Assembly: GCA_051362555.1 (NCBI GenBank)
Contig: CM120642.1
Coordinates: forward strand, 1,984,001-2,048,000
Length of the DNA: 64,000 bases
Direction of reading: 5' to 3'
Source: Lingula anatina
Lineage: Eukaryota > Animalia > Brachiopoda
The notes beneath the pieces were generated by a model, which was not told the origin of the DNA, did not search any database, and worked only from the letters and a program-made list of their open reading frames with translations. The position numbers and the translations under genes are program-made. This document shows, piece after piece, positions 1-11,181 of this stretch. How positions within the stretch are numbered: position 1 is the stretch's first letter; each line of letters opens with the position of its first letter.

Positions 1-25
1 CTGACAGTCCTAAAACTTCCCTTAC

Positions 26-2371
26 CGTCCACCCATCTCCATTGACTGTGAACCAATCCAATCCAATAATACCGGGGCCCACTGTTATTGTTTAGTCTAT
101 TTTCCAAGTTTTTCTGCACTGTGTCGTTGTCTATCTTCAGAAGTTTTCCTCCAGCTTCTTTGCATAACCTATGACCTTCAAGCCAGGTCACCATTTCAGA
201 TTGGATACTGATAAAAACACATGCGCCACCCTTTATATCTGTCCATCTGCTGTTGTTTTGAATCCACTGGAAACTATGATGACCTTTACATAATTCGCTT
301 TTCTGGTCTGGAAATGTAGGACTTAGTCTGTATGTAAAGCAGAGTATTTGCACTTTCAAGAAAGAAACATTCTGTTTTAACGTAAAAAGTTAATAAATCA
401 ATAAAGTTTATATGAATAAATATACAGAGTTAACAATACTGATATACCATTGGCTTTTTCAGTCTATTTTTCTTGCATTATATAAACAGAAGTTTCACGT
501 TCAAGCACATATGTGGACTTAAAACTAAATATCGCAGTTCTCTTTTGCTTCTAATTAAGTATCCCAGGACGGCAGCTTTACCTGCTTCACAGATGACACC
601 AGATTCCTGTGTCTGTAAGTATTCTCTGTCCACCCAAGGGAACTTGACTTGGGTGTTATCAACCCTCATTAGAGCTACTGCAGGCTGGAACTTTTGTCCA
701 TGATATGTATCTGGTTGTTGTGCTATACCAGAAGATTGACCTCTCCAGTGCGTATATGTTGTTGCTGAAAAAGAGATGCGTTTACACTGCCGTTAAATGC
801 CATCACTACAAGTGCTTGTGGCAGGGTGGGGGATTTACTTGATCAGTGTCTTGGATAAGGGTACACCCAAATGCATGTTTATTGCAGAATCTAGTGCGTG
901 TGAAGAATGTGCATGGTACCGCGGAGAGAAAGAGAGAGGGGGGTCATGACAATCAATTTCCTAAACATACCATGTAACGTTCCCTCTTGATCTATCCACA
1001 TCCAGTCTGTTAAATTCACCTCCTTGCCACCCAGCCAAACCTCTGATGATGTCAGTTTATGTAGAAATATTTGGGTGTCATTGTCTTTAACCACAGCCAG
1101 TCTACCGTTGCAAGTATTCTTACAATGTTCCATGGCGCTCTGCCACATCGTTGCGTTAGTGTTCACAAAGTAACATTTTCCATTATGATAACCTGAAAGA
1201 CAACACAAACATGTACATGTATGACCTACTACTCCCTTTCAAAAGCGTCAAACGTTTGCTCACCCATTGTTTGTAAATCGACTAAACTCGTATTTACTTC
1301 AAATATATACGGTATATTGTTAGATATAAACCTTTTACGCTTCGAGCATCGGCAGCATTTTTAATGTAGGCTGTCATTGCGGAATTATAAAAGTGAAAGT
1401 ATATCGCTGACTCAAAGAATGACTTACGTTACTTAAATCTGGAAACAGGATATCCAGCAAAATCATAGAAACTGTAGGTGTCCGAAGAGGCAACCCCACA
1501 AACGAAATTTGTGCAAAATTGTTTGTAAATAATAACTTTTGCTGACTCGTCACATCATAGTTTTTAGTATGATGAGTCTTATTGAATATTTGATATATAT
1601 ATTTTTTTATCCCTAAGGCCATAACATTTATTACAGGCAAGAATTTGTTACATTGTTATTGTTATTAAAATGGTTAGGATAGTGGAGTTAAATAATAAAA
1701 GCGGCCTTGTTTGGCCAAATCACGAACAATCAATTTTCTTTGTTGCCTTCTTTCTTGTTGTGAATGGGACTATAAAAGTTTATGGCACACTTGGATGAAC
1801 TGCAATTACGTTCCCTCTGTGAGAGGTGGTATATGTGTTGTACTGGTTTTACAGGCCCAGATTAGCCGTATTACTGCTCAGGTAAGGAGGTTTTCACCTG
1901 GGCGTGGTACGTGGTTAGAATATGAAGACTTGTCAAGAATGGGTTAAAGGTTTACATGAGAAGTAGAGTACTTTTGAAGACTCTTGTTTGACTAAAATAC
2001 AGCCCCACCCACCCATGTGTACACCTTTGTGGCTGCTGTAGTTTACTAGTTTGATATCAAATTGATGTAGTTTGATATAAAATTAGTGATTATTTAAGAA
2101 CGTTAATATTTAGGCCCTATACTCGCACCTTGTATCATGGTCACGTTAAAGCTCACACACTCAGCTGAGCACACGAGGTGTAGGAGACAAAAGAAAAGAG
2201 TTATATACAAGGTCTTCACTCCCAAGTTACACCATAGTTCAATGTATTCTACTTACTGCTTCCTGCTACATTACAGCCCTGTACACTACCCAGGAGTGGG
2301 AGAACGATCATCAGCATAGACAATATTGTTATTGTACAGCCAGCCATGTTACATAAAGTTACTCCTGCCAT
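26..2371 (-). CDS. C-type lectin receptor paralogue A (5' part; gene continues beyond window start)
   Basis: GT-AG exons 2371-2257 (signal peptide MAGVTLCNMAGCTITILSMLMIVLPLLGSVQG), 1192-971, 764-582, 307-26, all phase 1 and in frame. CTLD motifs CYF..W..A..C...GRLA, WLGG, QPD, ICE; second CTLD with C.FIS..W.EG..C...GGKL, YWIGL. Exon-for-exon paralogue of genes B and C. Confidence 0.88.
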
Positions 2372-3433
2372 CTTGTGTCCGTCTACACCTGTATATCAAG
2401 TCATGGTCCTCATGATTTTCTCTTCCGCCTTCCAACACTGACTCACTTAAATCAGGATAAACAGCAAGCATTACGTACTTTTCTTCCTTCTCTTTTTGTG
2501 TATATAAATGCAGAGCGAGTGGATAAAAGACTAACAAAACACCTCTGCGTACTTTTTCTATGCGCGAATTCAATACGTACTCACTCAGGTGTCGGAGGGG
2601 GCTATGATATACTTTATTGACGATTTGCAATATAGGTTAACCTAAATATGAGGTTACTTTAACAATGGCGAGTCAGGGTGAGTTCGTGTTGAAACTACAA
2701 ATTAACAACGGATCTGTGAAAAGAAGCTAAATCACGTTTAGAATGATGACTGTTACAAGTGATAAAACACCACCTGAAGATTTCTGTTGGAATTCCTGCT
2801 CCGTCAGTTCAAGTTCACACCCACAGTCGTACGCACGCACGGACGCGCACGCGCACGCGCACGAATCTCGAATATTTGTTGAAATGTCACGATGTCGTCG
2901 ACAAACAGTGTATGGAATCTGTTCATCTTGGCGTGAAGGGACCTGATCCATGACCTGTGACGTGACTATTTCTGCAGCCGCAATATAGGTTACTCTAATA
3001 CAGGGTCACTTTAATAATGTTAAATCGAACCGTGCTCGCCTTAATAGGTCGAGATCTACTTCAAATCGCGGACAGGAGCTTTAGCATACGTGGAAGTTAT
3101 TATTACTAGTTTTAAAAAATACCACCTGGAAATTTCTTTTGGAGTTCCTTTTCTGTCCGTGGTGTAGGGCTCTTCCTGGGCCGGGATGATCCCATTTTTA
3201 AAGATAATTTATCATCGATACTTATAAATAACCATGCATGAAATCAGATTTCTTATGTCACTATTATGGGCCCACTCAGAACAATTTGATCCACGGATTT
3301 ACTGATCCGAGAATCAAATATGGCCAACCAATTTAAAACAATGCCGCATAATCCCCTCATGTATTCCCCGCCTCCCACAAGCCCCGTCCTAGCAGGGGCA
3401 CAGCAATTTAATCTCCACTGGCATAATTCACTA

Positions 3434-3587
3434 TGGCCGCATTCAGAACAGCGCACTAACTAGTCCACAGGTCAAATATGGCCGACTCACGTGAATACTC
3501 CCCCACGGAGAATCTATCCAGTGTCTATTAGCGGATAAGACGGTAAGCTTTTAAGTGGGTCGCCATATTTGTTCTGAATGCAGCCTA
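3434..3587. mobile_element. Small MITE
   Basis: Inverted termini GGCCGCATTCAGAACA / TGTTCTGAATGCAGCC. Confidence 0.5.
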
Positions 3588-3649
3588 TTATGCTGATGTT
3601 TGCCTTGTTCCCTACCCCTGATAATGAAAGTACGTGGTATATGTTTCCA

Positions 3650-5310
3650 TGGTCTGATGATGTTTATCAGCAATAGCCAAGACCCAAGTTGTGGCTAAGA
3701 TAATTGTTGAGATGGGGGCCCTGAGGGCGATCACCAGTTCAATTGACAATGTGGCGAAGTGCGGGGATATGCGATGGTTATACCCATCATGATATCTAGT
3801 TTCACTACCAAGTCTAAGGCAGTTAACGAAGCAAATGAATCGGGCCGTTTGAAAATTTAAAAACGATTTATTGAGGAAATTTACATTATTTTGACTGAAC
3901 GGTAATTGTGAAGCCAATATAAAACGTCGTGCAAAGTATGTAGAATATGATAGGAAAGTTAGCTGTAGTTGATATGGTTTACATATAGTGTTTAAGCAAA
4001 CAAATAAAACCCAGGCAGCAAAGGCTGTCAACTGTTAAACAGCAGATAAGAAGGAACGATGTAATTTTTCTTCAGTCAACAGAAAAAAATCATGCATAGC
4101 CTTGAGATAATATTGAGATTTAAAAAAATTTTTCCTCCAATATTTCGATGTCTAGCAGGACATCCTCATCAGGGAATAAGGCTATCCAGAAGAACAGGGG
4201 CCAGTCTCAACAAAATGATGATGCCATCTTCCCTGACCTCTACCTCCCTTTCCTAAGACAAGAGGTGGGTGGGGTGCAAGTATACCTCCTGAATAGCACC
4301 TGGATAGCCTCTATCCCTGAAGAAGATGTCCTGCTAGACATCGAAATATTGGAGGTAAAAATCAATTAAAAATAAAAAACCGCAATATTTGCTGTTGACT
4401 GAAGAAAAATTACATCATTCTTATAACATAACTCAGCCGATGAAATTCTTCTCAGTTAAGAAGGCTGTTAAACAATAAAACACCCATCGGGCTGATAGGT
4501 TATATCACAGAAAATTTGAAGCCTTACAGAGTTTTTGCTTCCCAGATACATGTATCGCAGCAATATGTTTATGAAAAAGCGAAATAATAATTATAAAAAT
4601 AAAAACAATTAAAACAGCAGACCTAATTCTAAGTCATTTCACGTTATACATAGAGGAGTAGTGAAAAATATCTGTTTATGAAAATTAAAGAAAACGATGA
4701 ACGAGAAATACCGAAAAGGCGTAACAATACAAATGAATGATGGTTAAAAAATACACGAAAAATACTTTCAAAAGATTGTAAAATATTACAGAGAAAAGTC
4801 GTTAGGTTATTATAAATAAATAAAAGCACTCTTCGTGATCAAACAAACAGAAATAAAACATTGTTCTCCGCGAGTCCAAACAAACAGAAATAAAACATTG
4901 TTTTACGGGAGTCTGATCGTGTATCGATTGCAAAGGATCTCGTACTCGTAGTGCTGATTTTCATGAGGAAAATGTTAGTCTGGCTCAAAAAATAATTTGC
5001 TGTCTTGTTATGTTGATTGTTATGTACTTATGCAGCCAGCTGCTTACATCCGTGCAAATCATTTCCATCCATCTCTTTTGTATATGCTATTGTATGAACA
5101 TTTTTGTTTTGGCGATTTTTTTCTTTGTTTCTTTCTTTCTTTTTGTGATATGAGTTGGAGATGTCTTTCTTCCTCATTTATCCAACTATCACTGGCTTTA
5201 TCGCCAGACGGAGGTTCATATCCTACTTAAGCGCCGTGGACTGCAGGGGATCGTGGATATCTTCTATATTAAAGTAGGTGCCAAGCCTCTGTGCTCAATC
5301 ACCGTTTACT
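3650..5310. repeat. Duplicated 3'/intergenic segment of the lectin array (paralogous to ~9840-11160)
   Basis: Long colinear similarity, e.g. CAGCAATAGCCAAGACCCAA..., CACCCATCGGGCTGATAGGTTATATCACAGAAAA; the repeat period is ~6 kb. Confidence 0.85.
4053..4456. mobile_element. Palindromic MITE-like insertion
   Basis: Long inverted arms (GATGTAATTTTTCTTCAGTCAACAG / CTGTTGACTGAAGAAAAATTACATC; CCAATATTTCGATGTCTAGCAGGACATC / GATGTCCTGCTAGACATCGAAATATTGG). Absent at the paralogous site ~10180; TAAGAAGG duplicated at the ends. Confidence 0.7.
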
Positions 5311-5315
5311 TGTTA

Positions 5316-8300
5316 TTAACTTGCCTCAGTTGTATTACCGATAACGTCGCCGTTTCTGCCTGCAATATTGGGGAAATTTGTATAAACGGCATCGTTGCCA
5401 TTTATACCTTCTAACATTGGGTTATCGTAAGTGCCGTCAACTGATTCTGCTTGTGATGATGCTTGTTCGTCTTGTGTATCAGGAGATGCTGTATTATGTA
5501 CCAATTCCTGGTAAAAAGGGTCACTTTGTCTTCTTAGTCTTTCGTAATTCATACCGCATTCTACTGCAACAATATCGTCGTAAATCCCGTTAAGCCTGGC
5601 GGTATAGTCATCAGAGGCTTTAGTGATGTGTTCCAAAGGTTTTCTTGAAAGAAAATTTGAAAAATATCTCAAATCTGCATTAAAAATAAACAGTTAGTAA
5701 ACATAGCAGTTATAAAAGACGTCTGAGAATTTGAAATTCTACATAACACATTTCGACACTGTTCATTGAGTTTTTTAAATATGAAAAATGCCTCAAAGTT
5801 ATGTTATTAGGATGTCAGAATTTAATTTAAAAAAACCCCAAACACTAACCTTTTATGCTTAGGAGTTTAGATGGATTCACTAAAATATGGTTACTCTACT
5901 TATACGAGCCACAGGTAAGATACAGAGAAGTACACATCTTACCTTCTCCAAATAACGACGCCGGCAAAAGCTAAAATGGTCACTATTGGAATTCCGCTAA
6001 GTGTAACTACTACTATTAAACCTGAAATAGATAGTTAATTTATTTCAGTTATGTATTGAAAGGGGGGGGGGGGGGGGTTCTTGATGCATACGCTGTACTG
6101 AATAGTAATTTTTCTGTTCAGATACTATTTTAAGGACTGTTGCGAAAATACTAGATATATTTGAGCTGTTGCATGTATATAATAAATAAATAAATAACTC
6201 GTTTTGATATGTAAGCTTGGCTTATATTGAGCCTACTTATAGAAATAAAGACGTGACAGAAAAGTTACAAACAAAAATCTCTTACACGAAAGTATACATC
6301 ATTATCTTTCAACAAATTAAGATCCCGTGTAATTTGGCGATAAAAACAAAATTGCTGAATTTTCCAAAATACCCCTTTTTTGTTATATAGAGCTTAAAGC
6401 ACATTTTATGCGTTAAAGGCGTGAAGTATCACTCGTACCTGCGCCCCATCCTACTGGCACCGTCCCACTTACTGATGCCGTCATATTTACTTCATCGCTC
6501 TTGATGGTGGTTATTACTAAAAGACCATCTGGAATATGATTTAGCATACAGTGAGCTTTATTTGAGAAAGAAAGGCCTGCAAATGCTTAAAACAGCGCCT
6601 ATTTTTCATTCATCATTTAAATGTTTAAGCAAAATTTGATAAGTATGATGCAAATGCCTACATCTACATGTATTTTTATTATATTACCTGTCGCTGGTGG
6701 ATTGACTACAACAATGGTGGTGGAAGGCCCATTTGGCATAGTGGCATCTGTAATAGTTGAAAGTAGTTAAAACGTGGTTTGCTTTATTGCAGCACCACAC
6801 TTTTTAAATCTTCAGAAACAACAGTGCCAGATGACCTTGAGCTATTCTTTAGGCTTGAAACGACAGAGTGAGGCCGGGTGGATTTTGTCAACGTTTCCTT
6901 TACAAAACAACAACGGTGATATTAATAATAAGAGGCAACGGATCTCATGTATCCGTACCTCTTCCTGCCCCATACCTTGTTACTGGTGATTGAATCGCAA
7001 AAATCATTTAATTAATCTTCAATGTCTACTTTGTACGTGTTTAAATGAGTAGAAAAATTGAAAAATTAAAATATATCAATATCCTTGAATCTAAAATCCG
7101 TTGCATTAGTAATTCGGGATAACTGCTCAACTGCAAAACGCGCTGTCCATCTTTTTACAGCTATTTCAGATTCCAGTTTTATTTCATTTCTCAGAATGCA
7201 TTTTTTACTTCTATCCGAGTACTTAGATAAGTTTAAATTGCAGGATAATGACCTACCTAGTGGATATTCACAGATATATGGCAGTGTCTCGCTGCAATCT
7301 TTCATCAACCAGCTTCTGGTGACGTCACTTGCAGCTCCTTCCAGTGCAAGACACGCTGGTCCTGCTTGATATGGTGGATACATGATCGGTCTCCAAAACA
7401 TCAGGTTAATGGGGCCATCTGTCGTAATACCATATATATACACATTAATATAATTCATCTTTATTTAGGATGTTAAAATGTGACAGAGACTCACTGGTGT
7501 TCGTTTACATTAAAACAAAAATGTAAATCCCTTGTCACACTGGGCTTACGTTCGCTTGGAAAACGTTTTTTCTGCCCACTCTCACAATCTTCAAAGGAGT
7601 GGCTTTGGCAAGATTTTTAAAATAGTTAATTTCAAATTCATACGTCCGTGCTAATGAACTTAAAGTATATCTAATATTCGACTATTTGACATAAAAAAAA
7701 TAAAAGTAATAAACGAATATCTACTAGAAAATAAAGAACGACATGAAATGAAGTAGATGGGGTTCCATCTACAGATAAAATGGCTAAGAAGCATTCATTT
7801 TTTATTTCCGCACTGCTGGCCTTCATGTGCACTTACCGTGCACCCATCTCCATTCACTGTGAACCAATCCGATCCAATAATACCGCGGCCCACTGTTATT
7901 GTTTAGCCTATTTTCCACGTTTTTCTGCACTGTGTCGTTGTCTATCTTAAGAAGTTTTCCTCCAGCCTCTCTGCATAACCTATGACCCTCAAACCAGGTG
8001 ACTCTTTCAGGTTGAACACTGATGAAAATACATGCCTCGTCCTTTATGTCTGTCCATCTACTGTTGTTTTGAACCCAGTGGAAACTATGTTTACCTTGGC
8101 ATACTTGGCTTTTCTGGTCTGGAAATGTAGATATAATTAAGGCAGGATATACGCCCATGATCACATCAAAGAAAACATTTTTGTTTAATTTTTTTTTGCT
8201 CGTATACCTGTACTACTAAGTAAGAAAGGACCATTACACATGTTTTGCCTATTCTGCTGTGCATTTTAGAAATCGGATCCATCAGTGACTCGAAATTAAA

Positions 8301-9240
8301 AATTGGTAATTTCATTTTTCATCATGAATTAAATAGGCCCTATGCCACAGTGGCAGCATTACCTGCTTCACAAATGACACCAGATTCCTGTGTCTGTAAG
8401 TATTCTCTGTCCAGCCAAGGAAACCTCTCTGTCGTGTTTCTCAACCTCATTAGAGCTACTGCAGGCTGGAACTTGAGTCCATTATTGGTATCTGGTTGTT
8501 GTCCTATATAAGGAAATGCCCGTGGGCCGCTCCAGTGTGTATATGTTGTTGCTGAAGAAGATATGTAAAGTTTCAGACAGGTAATTGCGAGCAAAAAGTC
8601 AGAATCAAAGAGAGAGGGTGTAAAGGGGAGATAGAATGGGTAGTAGATTTCATGAAAATTAATTTCCTATACATACCAGCTAACGCACCCTCCTGGTCTA
8701 TCCACATCCAGTCTGTTAAATTCACCTCCTTGCCGCCCAGCCAAACCTTTGATGATGTCAGTTTATGCAGAAATATTTGAGTGTCTCTGTCCCTGATGAC
8801 AGCCAATCTACCGTTGCAAATATTGTTACAATGATCCAAGGCATTATGCCACATCATTCCTTCAGTGTTCACAAAGTAACATGTTCCATTACGACAACCT
8901 GAAAGGCATCACGTTTATCAAGACATACAGCGTGACTGCACCAGGAACCTCAAAACTAAGTTTTTACTATCTATCTCTGTTTATTGCCATGTTTATCGAG
9001 CACCTGTTTTAGGACACACTTTTATTTAGCACACTGCTTTAGCAAGGAGAAGGCTTGTATCCAAGAAGACACCCATGTTTCACAACAAAACTGAAGGAGC
9101 TAGAAACTACTTGCGCTGTACTTACTGCTTCCTGCTACATTACAACTCTTTACACTTTCCAGGAGTAGCATTACCATCAGCAGCACGGGCAACGTTGTCA
9201 CTGTATAGCCAACCTTGTGACATAAAGTTACTCCTGCCAT
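5316..9240 (-). CDS. C-type lectin receptor paralogue B: type I membrane protein, SP-CTLD-CTLD-S/T/P stalk-TM-tyrosine-motif tail (~521 aa)
   Basis: Exons 9240-9126, 8898-8677, 8551-8363, 8118-7837, 7418-7257, 6747-6688, 6528-6439, 6021-5943 (TM GLIVVVTLSGIPIVTILAFAGVVIWR), inferred 8-nt micro-exon 5857-5850, and 5674-5316. Total 1566 nt, open frame. Tail has YDDI, YERL, YQEL, YDNP, YTNF. Confidence 0.85.
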
Positions 9241-9301
9241 CTTGAGTTCGGCCACAACAGAGCCCAGGTATTCATGATTTTTTTCTTTCACCCCCAATGA
9301 A

Positions 9302-9308
9302 TGACTCA
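9302..9308. promoter_or_regulatory. Conserved TGACTCA (AP-1-like) site ~60-75 nt upstream of the lectin ATG (also 2439-2445, 15229-15235)
   Basis: Exact heptamer kept at the same position in all three paralogues; it also reads as a GTGAGT donor on minus. Confidence 0.35.
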
Positions 9309-10940
9309 CCTGAATCAGAATAAACATCAAGCACTGCCTTCTTTTCTTCTTTTATTTGTATTTCGGTTGTAAAAACGTAATAAATCACTTCCGCATATTT
9401 CCTCTGTGGACGATCACAGTACGTGTTGTTTCAGGTGTACGGGGTGCCTCCATGTATAACGAGGATACACGTAGGTGACACTTTATAGTAAGAGTATTGC
9501 TTTAATAATGAAAACCAAATCGTATTCATCTTAATATTGGACAGAAGCATGATTATCTTTGGTAATAGCTTGTTACAAACGGTGAAAATCTACAATTTGA
9601 ACATCTTTTTTGGAGCCTCTCTATTTTAATGTCGTCTAAAATAATTAATGCCATCCGTTAATCCTAGCACAAAGAGACTTAACCTATGTATTATGACGTA
9701 CTTTTGGAGTCTCTCTCTCAACTCTCTCTTATGTACCATACATGCTCTATCGCACGCTATGCCTCTCTTACATGTACACACATACACACATCACAAACAT
9801 CACAAACATCAATTAATTTTTAATGACATGTAAAACAATGAATCAGCAATAGCCAAGACCCAATTTGTGGCTAAGATAATCGTGGTAATCGGGGCCCTGT
9901 GGGCGATCACCAGTTTAATTGACAGTGTGTCGAAGTGCGGGGAAATGCGATGGTTATGCCCATCAATAGCATCTGGTTACACTACCAAGTCTTACAAAGT
10001 TAACGAAGCAAATGTATCGGGTCGTTTGAAATTTTAAAAACGATTTATCTATTGAGGAAATTGTGAAACCAATATTAAACTTCGTGCAAAATATGTAGTT
10101 GATATGGTTTACATATAGTGTTTAACCAAACAAATAAAACTCAGGCAGCAAAGGCAGTCAGCTGTTTAACAACAGATAAGAAGGCTGTTAAACAATGGAG
10201 CACCCATCGGGCTGATAGGTTATATCACAGAAAAATTGAAGCTATACAGAATTTTATGCTTCCCAGCTATATGTATGGCAGCATGTTTATGAAAAAGCAA
10301 AATAATAATTATAAAAATAAAAGCAATTAAAACAGCAGACCTAATTCCGAAGCATTTTACGTTATACATAGAGTAGTAGTGAAAAAGATCTGTTTATGAA
10401 AATAAAAGAAAACGATGAACGGGAAATGTCGAAAAGGCGCAACAATATAAATGAATGATGATTAAAAATACACAAAAATACTTCCAAAGATTGTAAAACA
10501 TCACAGAGAAAAGTTGTGAGATTATCATGAATAAATAAAATTACTCTGCGTTAACCACAAACAAAAATAAAACATTGTTATACGGAAGTCCGACCGTGAA
10601 TTAATTGCATAGCATCTCCTACTAATATTGCTGATTTTCATGTGGAAAATGTTAAGTATGGCTCAAAAACAATTTGCTGCTCTGCTTACACCCGTACAAA
10701 TTATTTTCAGTCATCTCTGTTGTATCACAAATGATTTTAAATCATCTCTATTGTATCACCTATGTATCAACTTTCTTGTTATTGTCTATAATTACTTCCT
10801 TTTTTTCTTTCTTTCTTTTTGTGATATGAGGTGGATATGTCTTTTCTTCTTCATTTATCTCACTACCAGTGGCTTTATCGCTAGACAGAGGTTCATATCC
10901 TAGTAAGTGCCGAGGGGGGCGTGGAGATCTTCTATATTAT

Positions 10941-11110
10941 CAGGGGCGGATCCAGAGATATTTTGTGACAGTCAGTCTTCCAAATTATCTTTGTTGACCC
11001 ATTCTCCATTTTTGACCGTCTTCTGAGAGAAAAATTTGATACTCGTCAATGTAACTTGAAAATCTGACCGTCTTCTGGAAGACCCAGAAGACGGCCTCAA
11101 TCCGCCCCTG
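10941..11110. mobile_element. MITE (CAGGGGCGGAT...ATCCGCCCCTG)
   Basis: TIRs with ATTAT duplicated on both sides; absent from the paralogous 3' region of gene B (~5270). Confidence 0.75.
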
Positions 11111-11181
11111 ATTATAGTAGGTGCCAAATCTCTGTGCGAAATCTTCGATTACTTGTGAATCGCTTGCACCAGTTGCAGGGC

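Noticed and set aside
2627-3020. Direct repeat GCAATATAGGTTA...ACTTTAA.AATG upstream of gene A
   Set aside because: Short diverged local duplication without clear TSD, TIR or coding signal.
3612-4031. 139-aa minus-strand ORF
   Set aside because: Lies in the duplicated intergenic segment; the paralogous copy (~9840-10170) has indels that break the frame.
6062-6077. Poly-G run shared with 11919-11938 (possible G-quadruplex element)
   Set aside because: Inherited through the duplication, and G/C homopolymers are common throughout the window; no specific evidence of function.
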